Positions 19,470 through 28,615 of a stretch of DNA of 64,000 bases are shown one piece after another. Origin of the DNA: Planctomycetota bacterium (GTDB taxonomy: Bacteria > Planctomycetota > B15-G4 > SIAN01); contig JANNXA010000055.1 of the NCBI GenBank assembly GCA_031409275.1, forward strand, positions 224,001 to 288,000, given 5' to 3'. Below the pieces are notes generated by a model, which was not told where the DNA came from, made no database searches, and was given only the letters and a program-made list of their open reading frames with translations. Each line of letters opens with the position of its first letter. Within the stretch, counting starts at the first letter, position 1. The position numbers and the translations under genes are program-made.

Positions 19470-21017
19470 TCAGCGTCGTGTCGGCGCCGCGATCGACTCT
19501 CGCAATGCCGCATCGAGACGCTCGGCCGGGATCCCCAGCGCGGCGAACGCTTTCGCGTGTGCCGCCGCCGCCTCGGCGCCGAGCGCGGGGACCTGCCCTT
19601 TCGGCCACTGCTCGCGCAACGCCGCCAGCATGGCGAGGAAGCCGTCCTGCTTCTGCGTCGACAGCCAATCGACCACCACCATCGACTTCGCGACCTCCTC
19701 GGCGGTGATGGTCGACAGATCGCGCTTCAGGATCGGCCCGAACGGCGGATCCTTGCCTTCCTTGATCGCGCGCACCGCGTCGTCGAACCAGCGGTCGCGG
19801 GAGAGCAGCTCCTCCTTGCGGACCCCTTCGGCGCCGTAGCGGCGGCTCGAGATGCAGGAGATCGCATTGCGTCCGAGCACGCGGTGCTCGGTCCAGGCGG
19901 CGAACCCCTCGTCGAGCCAGGTCGGGAGGAACTTCCAGTTGTAGCCGTGGCGGTTCAGGAGGACGTGACCCAGGTGATGCACGGTATGGGCGACCGTGTC
20001 GTCGACGTGGCGAGCGCCACGAAACGTGGCGGAGGTGCCGGTTGGATCCCACCAATAGAAGCCGTCGACCTTCGCCGCTCCTTCGGCCCAGCGCGCATCG
20101 ACCTTCTTCTCTTGGCGCGAGAAGAAGCGCGCGAAGAGGCCGAAGTCGTCCCGCGTATCGACGACCACCGCGAGCGCCTTGTGGCCACCGATCCACGCCA
20201 GGTCGGTGACCGACTCGCGCAGCGCGCCCGCCGCCAGCGCGAAGCTCTTCTCCGACGCCTCCTGGAGCGCGTGCGCATGCGCCTTTCCGAACGCGCTCGC
20301 GACGACGAAATGGTCGCTCGCATCGAAGGTCAGCGCGAGCGACGCCTCCTTGCCGAAGTCGACGGCGCGGCGGCGCGCCAGCACCTCGCTCGCCACCACC
20401 CATTCGGATCCGACGCGCTCGAGTCCGCGCGCCCGCTGCGCGTCGTCGGCGGAAAGCCACCGCCCGTCGATCTGAACGTCACCGCGTTCGAGGTGCTCCT
20501 TCTCTTCTGGCGTCACGAATCGGCCGCTGTAGGGCACGAGGCCGCGCGCCGCCATCGCCGCGGTCTCGTCCGCTTTCACCTTCGCATCGCGCTCGGCCGG
20601 GGTCATCCACTGCCCCTCATGCCGCACCCGTCCGCGCGCGAGGTTGGCGCCCTCGTGCTGCGGATCACGGGCAAGGGCCTTGTCGAGCAGCCGCTCGCGA
20701 TCGCGTCGAAGCGCTTTCGCGCGAGCGAACTCCGCGAGTTCGAACCAAGCGTCGGCGGAAGCATCCGCCTTCATCGCCTTCTCGCGCTCGGCGAGCTCCT
20801 CGGCCGCCGTGAGCCCCTTCTCGATCCTGGAGATGCGCGAACGCTCGATCACCATGCGGCCGAGCGCGGTGTCGATCGTGATGGAGCCCTTTTCCTCGGC
20901 GACCACCTTCCCCTCGAGCTTGCCGCCGTCGCGCAGATGGACCGTGTCGGCGCGCGCCACCGACGCGACGGCAAGTGCCAGCACCATCCCGCAGACAAAC
21001 GCGACGCGCCGGCTCAT
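19470..21017 (-). CDS. Secreted peptidase MA/gluzincin-like protein with HHLGH motif
   Basis: Signal peptide, ADTVHLRDGGKLEGKV domain, TPR-like segment, VHHLGH...LPTWLDEGFA. Confidence 0.7.
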   Translation of the reverse strand: MSRRVAFVCGMVLALAVASVARADTVHLRDGGKLEGKVVAEEKGSITIDTALGRMVIERSRISRIEKGLTAAEELAEREKAMKADASADAWFELAEFARAKALRRDRERLLDKALARDPQHEGANLARGRVRHEGQWMTPAERDAKVKADETAAMAARGLVPYSGRFVTPEEKEHLERGDVQIDGRWLSADDAQRARGLERVGSEWVVASEVLARRRAVDFGKEASLALTFDASDHFVVASAFGKAHAHALQEASEKSFALAAGALRESVTDLAWIGGHKALAVVVDTRDDFGLFARFFSRQEKKVDARWAEGAAKVDGFYWWDPTGTSATFRGARHVDDTVAHTVHHLGHVLLNRHGYNWKFLPTWLDEGFAAWTEHRVLGRNAISCISSRRYGAEGVRKEELLSRDRWFDDAVRAIKEGKDPPFGPILKRDLSTITAEEVAKSMVVVDWLSTQKQDGFLAMLAALREQWPKGQVPALGAEAAAAHAKAFAALGIPAERLDAALRESIAAPTRR

Positions 21018-23065
21018 GTCTCCGGGTCCCCGTCGCCCGTCGCCGCCGGAGCGACCGCACCATCCGGCGGAAGCTCCTCGACGCCGCCGTCCACCGTCTC
21101 TCCTGGTGCGAGCGGGCGACCGTCGCCGCCGATGCGGTACTTCTCGAGCTTGCGCTGCAGCGCGAAACGCGAGATGCCGAGCACGTCAGCGGCGCGGCTC
21201 TTGTTGCCGGTCGCGTCCTCGAGCGCGCGGCGGATCTCGGAGCGCTCGAGCGCTTCGACCCGGCCGGTGAGCCCTTCGCGCAGCGGCGGGTCGGCCGGCG
21301 TCGCCATCGCGCGACGGATCCGCTCGGAGAGCCGATCGAGGGTGATCGGATCGTCCGAAAAGGTGATCAGCATGCGGATCTCGTTCTCGAGTTCGCGCAC
21401 GTTGCCCGGCCAGTGGTAGGCGCACAGCGCGTCGAGGACCTCCGGACGCATCTTGATGCCGGCGCGACCCGACTCGCGACCGAAGCGCTTCAGGAAGGTG
21501 TCAGCGAGGAGCGGGATGTCGTCCTTGCGGTCGCGCAGCGGCGGCAACCGCATCGGCAGCACGTTCAGGCGGTACATCAGGTCTTCGCGGAACTCGCCTT
21601 TCGCGACGATCTCCGCCAGGTCCTTGTTCGACGCGGAGATGATGCGCACGTCGACGTGCACCGACTCGCGGCCGCCGACCGGCCGAAACTCGCCCTCCTG
21701 CAGGAAGCGCAGCAGCTTCTTCTGCACCTCAGGGCTCATGTCGCCGACCTCGTCGAGGAAGAGCGTCCCCTTGTGCGCCGTCTGCAGCAGCCCCTTCTTG
21801 CTTTGGCGCGCGCCGGTGAAGGCGCCGCGTTCGTAGCCGAAGAGTTCGCTCTCGAGCAGCGAATCGGGCAGCGCGGCGCAGTTCTCGGAGACGAAGCGCT
21901 GTCCGGCGCGCGGACCGTTCTCGTGGATCGCGCGCGCGATCAGTTCCTTGCCGGTGCCGCTCTCGCCGGACACATGTACCGGGAACTCGCTCGCGACCAC
22001 GCGATCGAGGAGCCGGAAGATGTCCATCATCGGCTTGCTGCGACCGACGATCCGCGAGTAGTCGTTGCCGCCGGCCGCAGCGCGCTCCCGCAGGCGCGCG
22101 CGCACCTCCACGAGCTCGACTTCCTGGACCGCGACGCGTCGCTTCAACTCCTCGTTCAGCAACCGGACGCGCTCCTGGCTCTCCTCGAGCTGCTTGTTGG
22201 CGTCGACGAGGTGCGTGACGAGCCGCGCGCGGTGGACCGCGACGGCCGCCTGTCCGGCGAACGCCTCGGCGAGGCGCAGGTCCTCGTCGTCGAACGCGCC
22301 CTTCGTCATGCGATGGTCGACGTAGACCGCGCCGATCGTCTCGCCCTGCGCGGTCAGCGGCACGACGAGCACCGAACGCAATCCGAGGTTGGTGATCGAC
22401 TGGACGCCCTCGAAGCGCTGGTCGTCGCCGGCGTTCACCGAGAGGAGCGACTTGCCGCTCTCCAGCACGCGCTGCGCGATCGAACGCGAGATCGCGAGCT
22501 CCGGCTCTGGCACCTGGTCGCCGTCGAAGTTGCGCGCGGCGACGAAATGGAGCGCCTCATCGCCCTCGCGCAGGATGAGGAAACCGCGTTCGGCGCCCGA
22601 AAGCTCGATCAGCGAATCGACCACCAGGTTCAGCAGCTTCTCGACGTCGCTCTCGGTCGAGAGCGCCTGCGAGATCCGTTGCAGCCGCAGGTGGTTGCTG
22701 CGCTCGCGCGTCAGGCGGCGCACGAGGTCGTCGTTGGGAAGCGTCGGTCGCGCGATCAGCGAGGTCTCGTTGGGGTCGGGCTCGCGCTCGTAGTAGATGC
22801 GCGTCGAACCGATCGAGACCACGTCACCGGTGCGCAAGTCGGAGCTGAGGATCTGCTGGCCGTTCAGGAAGGTGCCGTTCTGGCTGCCGACGTCGACCAC
22901 GGTGGCGTGGCCGCCCGGCTCGATCTCGATCCGGCAGTGAATTCGCGAGGCGAGGCGATCGCCGATGCGCAGATCAGTGCCGGTTCCGCGACCGATCAGG
23001 ATCGTGCTCTTGTCGAGTGAGAGTTCGCGACGTTCGCCTTCGGCATGGACGATGAAGCGTGGCAT
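21014..23065 (-). CDS. FHA-GAF-AAA+ sigma54-dependent Fis-family transcriptional activator
   Basis: FHA (IGRG, SRIHC, GSQNGTFLNG), GAF, GESGTGKEL, ESELFGYERGAFTGA, FLDEVGDM, WPGNVRELEN and HTH GNKSRAADVLGISR. Confidence 0.93.
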   Translation of the reverse strand: MPRFIVHAEGERRELSLDKSTILIGRGTGTDLRIGDRLASRIHCRIEIEPGGHATVVDVGSQNGTFLNGQQILSSDLRTGDVVSIGSTRIYYEREPDPNETSLIARPTLPNDDLVRRLTRERSNHLRLQRISQALSTESDVEKLLNLVVDSLIELSGAERGFLILREGDEALHFVAARNFDGDQVPEPELAISRSIAQRVLESGKSLLSVNAGDDQRFEGVQSITNLGLRSVLVVPLTAQGETIGAVYVDHRMTKGAFDDEDLRLAEAFAGQAAVAVHRARLVTHLVDANKQLEESQERVRLLNEELKRRVAVQEVELVEVRARLRERAAAGGNDYSRIVGRSKPMMDIFRLLDRVVASEFPVHVSGESGTGKELIARAIHENGPRAGQRFVSENCAALPDSLLESELFGYERGAFTGARQSKKGLLQTAHKGTLFLDEVGDMSPEVQKKLLRFLQEGEFRPVGGRESVHVDVRIISASNKDLAEIVAKGEFREDLMYRLNVLPMRLPPLRDRKDDIPLLADTFLKRFGRESGRAGIKMRPEVLDALCAYHWPGNVRELENEIRMLITFSDDPITLDRLSERIRRAMATPADPPLREGLTGRVEALERSEIRRALEDATGNKSRAADVLGISRFALQRKLEKYRIGGDGRPLAPGETVDGGVEELPPDGAVAPAATGDGDPET

Positions 23066-23076
23066 GGCGCGGATCC

Positions 23077-24144
23077 TCAGGCGGCGGGCGGAAGGGCGAG
23101 CAGCTCGGCGGCGGCCTGCAGGGCCATCTCCGCCGTCAACGAAGTCATGCAACGATGATCGAGGGGACAGATCTTCAAGTGGCAGGGACCGCATGGAACG
23201 TCGACCCGCAGCACTCGCGTCCGTTCGAGGTTGCTGGCCGTATGGCGCGGGTCGGTCGGTCCCATCAGCACGACACAGGCGGTGCCGACGGCAGTGGCGA
23301 TGTGACGTGGGCCCGTGTCGGTGGTGACCAGCACGCGCGCGCGCTCCAAGACCGGCTTCAGCAACTCGAGCGCGATCGGCGCGGACGAGGTATCGAGCGC
23401 CGCCGGCCCGGCGGCTTGCGCGATGCTGCGCGCGAGCGCCTCTTCACCCGGGCCGCACAGCACGACGGTGCGCAGTCGATGACGCTCGTGAAGGCCGCGG
23501 ATCGTCGCCGCGAACCCTTCAACCGTCCAGAACTTCGAGGCACCGAAGGCGGCGCCTGGATTGGCGGCCGCGAACGGCTCATCGGCGGCGAGGCCGAGGC
23601 GCGCCAACTCCGCAGCCGCGCGCGCGCGCTCGTCGTGGTCGATCACCAGGTGGAGCCGCTCGTCCTGCGCCGTCACCCCCACGGACGCCAACAGGTCGAG
23701 GTAGAGCCGCGTCATGGGCAGCGGGAGCCGCCGCTTCCCCTCCATCGCCTGGCGCGGCTTGACGTCGAGCAGGAAGCCTCGCTCCCGCGACCAGAAACCG
23801 ATGAGGCAGCGCGGACGGCTTGCTCGGCCGATCAAGGCCGACGACAGCGAGTGAGGCAGCAGCACGTGGAGGTCGACCGGGCCTTGCGCCGCGATCTCCC
23901 GCCCCGCGCGCCACCAGCCGAGCCATCCGCCGTGACGTCCCCCGCGCTCCAGCGCGAAGTAGCGATCGAAGTCCGGCGACCCACGAAGCAGGCGTGAGGC
24001 TGGCTTGGTGCCGACGACGGTGATCGTCGCGTGCGGTGCCGCGCGTCGAAGCGCACGCAGCGCGGGCGTGGCCATCACGACGTCGCCAACCCAGTTGGGT
24101 AGTCGGACGACGATCACTCGGCAGCTTTGATCGCGAGGATCCAC
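23077..24144 (-). CDS. waaF: LPS heptosyltransferase II (GT9)
   Basis: RLPNWVGDVVMATP, NPGAAFGASKFW, TTDTGPRHIA, CGPCHLKICPLDHRCM; start uncertain (GTG 24144 with GGAG SD, or 24174). Confidence 0.85.
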   Translation of the reverse strand: MDPRDQSCRVIVVRLPNWVGDVVMATPALRALRRAAPHATITVVGTKPASRLLRGSPDFDRYFALERGGRHGGWLGWWRAGREIAAQGPVDLHVLLPHSLSSALIGRASRPRCLIGFWSRERGFLLDVKPRQAMEGKRRLPLPMTRLYLDLLASVGVTAQDERLHLVIDHDERARAAAELARLGLAADEPFAAANPGAAFGASKFWTVEGFAATIRGLHERHRLRTVVLCGPGEEALARSIAQAAGPAALDTSSAPIALELLKPVLERARVLVTTDTGPRHIATAVGTACVVLMGPTDPRHTASNLERTRVLRVDVPCGPCHLKICPLDHRCMTSLTAEMALQAAAELLALPPAA

Positions 24145-24174
24145 TGGCGCTTCGCTCCGCACTTGACGGCGCAC

Positions 24175-24202
24175 AGTCTACGTGCGAAACGTCACGCGGT
24201 AA
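24175..24202 (-). promoter_or_regulatory. Possible internal sigma70-type promoter for waaF and downstream genes
   Basis: -10-like TAGACT at 24180-24175 with weak -35-like TTACCG 16 nt upstream. Confidence 0.3.
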
Positions 24203-24250
24203 CGAGCGAACCCGCCCAACCCCCTGGGCAGCTCTCTTCGGCCGGATCGA

Positions 24251-24814
24251 TCAGAAGCCGAATCCCGGCAGCAGTTGGGCCAGGATTGGCTGGACCTCGC
24301 CGACGGGCAGGCCCTGAGTCGCGGCGACGCCTGCCAGCAGCGCACGCGCCGCGGCAGGGTCGGCGAGCGTGGCCCGCAAGGCCGGACCGATCACCGGCCC
24401 CGACGCCGGACGGAAGCGACCGGTCCGCATGCGCTCCCGATTGCGCGTGAAGTCGGTCGAGACGAATCCTTCGCGCTGCTCCTGGAACTCCTCACGATGG
24501 CGGGCCATCTCGTTACGGCCTGCGGCGAGTTCGTCGTGGCGAAAGTGCTCCGTGCCGGCTTGCTCGAGCATCCGCTCGCGCTGAGCGGCAGGACTCGCGT
24601 CGTGATTGAACGGCAACCATCCGGCCACGGTGTCGATCGACTGGTCGAGCGCGCTTTGCGAGGCCTGTGAGGTCGCGTTCGCTCGATCGGGCACGTTCTC
24701 GCTGGGGCTTGCGCAGCCGCCCAAAGCGGCCGCGCCACCGACAAGGAGGAGGCGCCCGTGGGCGAGCAGGCGGTGCCGAAGCGACCCGAGCGCGCGGACG
24801 CAGGACTTTTCCAA
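24251..24814 (-). CDS. Hypothetical lipoprotein
   Basis: Hydrophobic stretch ending in lipobox-like LGGC; fits the gap between GT4 and waaF; start uncertain. Confidence 0.55.
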   Translation of the reverse strand: MEKSCVRALGSLRHRLLAHGRLLLVGGAAALGGCASPSENVPDRANATSQASQSALDQSIDTVAGWLPFNHDASPAAQRERMLEQAGTEHFRHDELAAGRNEMARHREEFQEQREGFVSTDFTRNRERMRTGRFRPASGPVIGPALRATLADPAAARALLAGVAATQGLPVGEVQPILAQLLPGFGF

Positions 24815-24902
24815 GCCAGGACTCCTCGGCGAGCAGCGCCTATCGCCGGGCGACGGCCGACTCTTCGACCGCCACGGCGACGAGCGCTACGGGCCGCGCG
24901 TT

Positions 24903-25952
24903 CTACCGACGAGGGGTGGTGGCGGCAACGCCGCGCCCCTCGGCCCGGTCTCCTCCGCGAAGGAGCGCGAGCAAATGCGGCCCCAACCGATCGACCCCGC
25001 GGGCGGCGATCACGTGGGCGCGTCGCGCTTGCGCCGCCGTCCGCTGGCCGGCCCCACCCGCGGCAGCCGCATCCCCCGCGAGGCTCCGCAGCGTCTCCAC
25101 AACGACTTCGACTCCGTCGGCGCACGGCGGCCAGTCGACGACGCCCCTGAACTCCGCGGCGAGCTCCGACTGCGCTCCGACGCGGCTCGCGACCGCAGGC
25201 AGCCCCGCCGCAAGGTAGCCGAGCAAGCGCGCGCCGCACTTGCCTCGCGTCCACGGATCGTCGGCGAGTGGTGCGAGTCCAAGCCACGCCTCGCGAAGGG
25301 CCGCCTCCTCGCCCGCCAGCGACCACGGACGAGCGTCGATCCCATCCCCACTCGTGACGCAGTCAGGCGCGCCGACGACGATCCAGCGAGCGTCGGGTAG
25401 CGCGGCGCGCACTCGCCCCCACGCCGCCGCGAACCGCGCCACGTAACGCCACGTCGAAGGTTGCCCGATCCAGAGCAGCGTCGGCGCCAACGCGCGCGCT
25501 CCCCAATCGCCGGCGGCCGCGTCGTCTGGCGGGACCGGCGTCGGCACGACCGCGGCAGCAACACCGAGCTCCCGCAACTCTCCCGCGAGCGATGCCGCTC
25601 CAGCGACGACCACATCGGCCCGTGAACAGAGCGCCCGAGCGCGCCACGCGCGGCCGCGCGACCGAAAGGGCGAAGCGTCGCGGCGCCACACCGCGTCGTC
25701 GAGGTCGACGACGAGTCGCCGTGCACGAGCGCGCAGCCACGCGCTCTCCCATGGTTGCGGCAACCGACGTTGGAGCCAGACGACGTCGTGGTCCGCCGCC
25801 CGCGCGAGTTGTCGCCAGCGCCGCGGCCCGCTCGGGACGAGCGCCTGCTGCTCGACCGCGACGCCCTGCGACGCAAGCCACGGCAAGAAACGCTCGACGC
25901 GCAACCGCGCGCTCGCGCCGCCGAGCGCCTCAACGAGCGCAAGCACTCTCAT
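24903..25952 (-). CDS. Glycosyltransferase family 4
   Basis: ASARLRV, WLQRRL, VVDLDDAVW, GLAPL.DDPWTRGKCG.RLLGYLAAGLPAVASRVG. Confidence 0.85.
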   Translation of the reverse strand: MRVLALVEALGGASARLRVERFLPWLASQGVAVEQQALVPSGPRRWRQLARAADHDVVWLQRRLPQPWESAWLRARARRLVVDLDDAVWRRDASPFRSRGRAWRARALCSRADVVVAGAASLAGELRELGVAAAVVPTPVPPDDAAAGDWGARALAPTLLWIGQPSTWRYVARFAAAWGRVRAALPDARWIVVGAPDCVTSGDGIDARPWSLAGEEAALREAWLGLAPLADDPWTRGKCGARLLGYLAAGLPAVASRVGAQSELAAEFRGVVDWPPCADGVEVVVETLRSLAGDAAAAGGAGQRTAAQARRAHVIAARGVDRLGPHLLALLRGGDRAEGRGVAATTPRR

Positions 25953-27094
25953 GGGGCGGCCCGCTTCGCGGCGGCTGCGTTGAGCAACGGCAACAGGGTG
26001 TCGATCTGATCGTCCCAACCGAAGCGTGCGCCCACCATGGCCGCGCGAGCTCGCGCTGCGTCCCCTTCCGCCAGCAGGCCGTCGATGGCGGCGGCGATCT
26101 CGGCGATCGATGACGGCGCGTCGACGACGCGCCCGCCCGCTGCCTCGACGTGCGGCGCCGCTCCGTTGCAAGCGGTCGTCACCACTGGTACGCCGGCCGC
26201 GAGCGCTTCGAGGCAGACGAGCGCACATGGGTCGAACCAGGTCGGATGGAGCAGCAGGTCCGCACGAGCCAGCCAAGGGTCGATCGACGTCGCGGCTCCC
26301 GCGAAATCGACCTGCGCCGCGATGCCGAGGCGCCGAGCCACCGCTTGCATCGGCGCGACGTGGCCGCGGCCCGCCACGACGAGTCGCGCCCCCCGCCGGT
26401 GCGCCTCACTGCGCGCGAAGGCGGCCAGGCCACTGCGTAGCCCCTTCAACTCGAAGTCGTGCGCCACGAAGAGCAATCTCGCACCGCGCGGCACCGCGCC
26501 GCGGTCGGAACATGCATCTCGTTGCGCCGCGAGCGCCGCAAGGCGTGCGACGTCGATCGCGGGTGGCACCACGACGATTCGATCGCGTGCGGCCGGGACG
26601 ATTGCCGACAGGTCCGCTCGCACCCGCTCCGACACCGCGATCGTCAAGAGGTCGCGGCGCTCCAGCAGCTCGCGTTCGACGGCGAGGAAGTAGCGGTGCC
26701 GCGCGCTGAACCGCTGCACGAACGCACGCAGCGTGCGGCGCCAACCCCAGCGATCGCTCGCACGCCGCGCGGCCGCGCTCGCTCCCCAACCACCGCCGTG
26801 TGGTTGATAGACATCGACCTGCGGCGCGTGCCGGATGCCGAGCAACGGCGCGCAACCATCCGCTCGCGCCATCGCGCAGGCGATTGCGGCGAAGCGCCGC
26901 TCGCGCGCGATGCGGCGGATGCCGCCGGCCGCGATCGTCACGCACGTCACTCCCGGCGGAGGTTCACCATGGCGCATGCAGTAGACGCGCACTGGATGGC
27001 CACGCGCGACCAGGCGCGCCGACAGCTCGAAGAGGTAGCGCTCCGCCCCACCGCGGGCCGCCGTGAAATCGTCGACGACGATCGCCAGTCGCAC
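25949..27094 (-). CDS. Glycosyltransferase family 4 (WaaG/RfaG-like LPS core transferase)
   Basis: RGGAERY, LFVAHDFELKGL, HPTWFDPCALVCLEALAAGVPVVTT. Confidence 0.87.
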   Translation of the reverse strand: MRLAIVVDDFTAARGGAERYLFELSARLVARGHPVRVYCMRHGEPPPGVTCVTIAAGGIRRIARERRFAAIACAMARADGCAPLLGIRHAPQVDVYQPHGGGWGASAAARRASDRWGWRRTLRAFVQRFSARHRYFLAVERELLERRDLLTIAVSERVRADLSAIVPAARDRIVVVPPAIDVARLAALAAQRDACSDRGAVPRGARLLFVAHDFELKGLRSGLAAFARSEAHRRGARLVVAGRGHVAPMQAVARRLGIAAQVDFAGAATSIDPWLARADLLLHPTWFDPCALVCLEALAAGVPVVTTACNGAAPHVEAAGGRVVDAPSSIAEIAAAIDGLLAEGDAARARAAMVGARFGWDDQIDTLLPLLNAAAAKRAAP

Positions 27095-27100
27095 GCGCGG

Positions 27101-28615
27101 CTACGCCTCAGGCGCGGCGCGGCCATGGCGGCGCTCGTGCGCGGCGATCCGCGCCGCCTTCGCAAGCGCGCGCCGTGCCAGCCGACGGGCGAACGCCCCA
27201 TCGCCGCGCGTGTAGGCCAGCAGCGCCCGCCACCGTTCGGCACGTGTCACGCCGGCCGCGCGTGCCGAGAACTCGAGCGCCGCGAGGTCCTTGGTGCGCC
27301 CGCGGCCGGGCAGACGCGCATGCCAGCTGACGCGCGACAGGTCGATCAGCACCAGCGAGCCGTCGACGCGCGGCAGGAAGTGGTCGAGATAGAGATCGCG
27401 GTGGAGGAACCCGGCCGCATGCAGTCGCCGCGCCATGCGCGCCGCAGCCAACAGCAACCGCCGCCGAGACGCTGCGCCAAGCGGCAGGCTCGGCAACTGC
27501 TCCCGCAACGTCACCCCCGGATCCACGCCCCGCGTCCACAGCACCGACGCGGCACCGTGCTGGCGAGCGACGGCCACGACTTGCGGCACCTCAATTCCGA
27601 GCGACGCCACCGCGCGCAGATGAACCCACTCCTGGAACGCCGGCGAGCGGCCGCGCTTCGGCGCCGCGTCGAATCGCTTGCCAAACCAGGTCGCCGTGGG
27701 CTCGCCTGGCGGCGCCGGCCAACGCAGGTTGGCGCGTCCGTCCCGAGTCCGCACCACGATCGAGTCCGCCGGCGCGAGCCATCTCGCCACCGAGCCGATC
27801 GGCGCCGCGCCATTCCACCGCGCAGCCACGTCGCCGGCGATGACGAGACGCTGCGTCGCATCGGTCCACTCGCGCACCCCCTCGGGGCGGGGCAGGCGCG
27901 CCTTCTCGAACAAACGACCGCGCGCGCGCCGAATCGACGCGGCGAGGCGGCGCCGCTTGAGGCGGTCGGGCTCGTAGGCCACCAGCATTCGCGCGCGCTC
28001 CGCCAACGAAAGTTGGCGCCGATCGATCGTCGCGAAGAGCGCGGCCCAATCGGCCGCCCGCGCCACGTCGGGGCAGCTCCGTCGCACCGATCGCACGCGC
28101 GCCTGCGCCAGGTCGATCCAGGCGATCGTGTCGCCGTCGATCCACGCATGCCAGGCGAAGAGCTGGCCGTGCGCGATCCCCGCCGCATGCAGCTTCGACA
28201 GCGCCATCGGGAGCGCGGCGAGGAGCTGCGCGCGCCGCGCGCGATCGACCCGCGGCAGGACCACGTCGAGCGGCTCGCCAGCGCGTTCCGCGTATGCCAG
28301 GAACGCCGCGCCATCGCGCCGCCGACCACGCGCCACGATGCGCGGCGCCGCGATCCCGCGCTCCACGCACGCCCGCGCGGCAGCCTCTTCGCGACGGAAC
28401 GTGCGGCGCTGCGCCGGCAGGAAGCTCTTCACGAAGAGGCGTGGACGCCCGAGTTCGGCGACGCACCACACGGCGCGCCCGTCGTTGGAACCGATGGCGC
28501 GGGCCGCTGCTGGCGGCCACGGCCACTCGGCAGCTGGATCCCACGCCGCCAGCAGCGCGGCCGCTTCGTCCGCGACCGCCAACCTCCAGCGCGAACGCGC
28601 CACCGGCTCAGCCAT
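27101..28615 (-). CDS. LPS kinase (WaaP/InaA/Kdo family), tandem two-domain protein
   Basis: C-terminal HAAGFLHRDLYLDHFL...LIDL...KDLAAL; N-terminal copy HAAGIAHGQLFAWH...WIDL. Confidence 0.8.
   Translation of the reverse strand: MAEPVARSRWRLAVADEAAALLAAWDPAAEWPWPPAAARAIGSNDGRAVWCVAELGRPRLFVKSFLPAQRRTFRREEAAARACVERGIAAPRIVARGRRRDGAAFLAYAERAGEPLDVVLPRVDRARRAQLLAALPMALSKLHAAGIAHGQLFAWHAWIDGDTIAWIDLAQARVRSVRRSCPDVARAADWAALFATIDRRQLSLAERARMLVAYEPDRLKRRRLAASIRRARGRLFEKARLPRPEGVREWTDATQRLVIAGDVAARWNGAAPIGSVARWLAPADSIVVRTRDGRANLRWPAPPGEPTATWFGKRFDAAPKRGRSPAFQEWVHLRAVASLGIEVPQVVAVARQHGAASVLWTRGVDPGVTLREQLPSLPLGAASRRRLLLAAARMARRLHAAGFLHRDLYLDHFLPRVDGSLVLIDLSRVSWHARLPGRGRTKDLAALEFSARAAGVTRAERWRALLAYTRGDGAFARRLARRALAKAARIAAHERRHGRAAPEA

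Noticed and set aside
14699..19708. 1669-aa plus-strand ORF, and similar long ORFs at 9763-12783, 26459-29125, 43594-46455 and 48822-51146
   Set aside because: Antisense shadows of real genes: Arg/Ala/Pro-rich, no motifs, expected from stop-codon scarcity at high GC.
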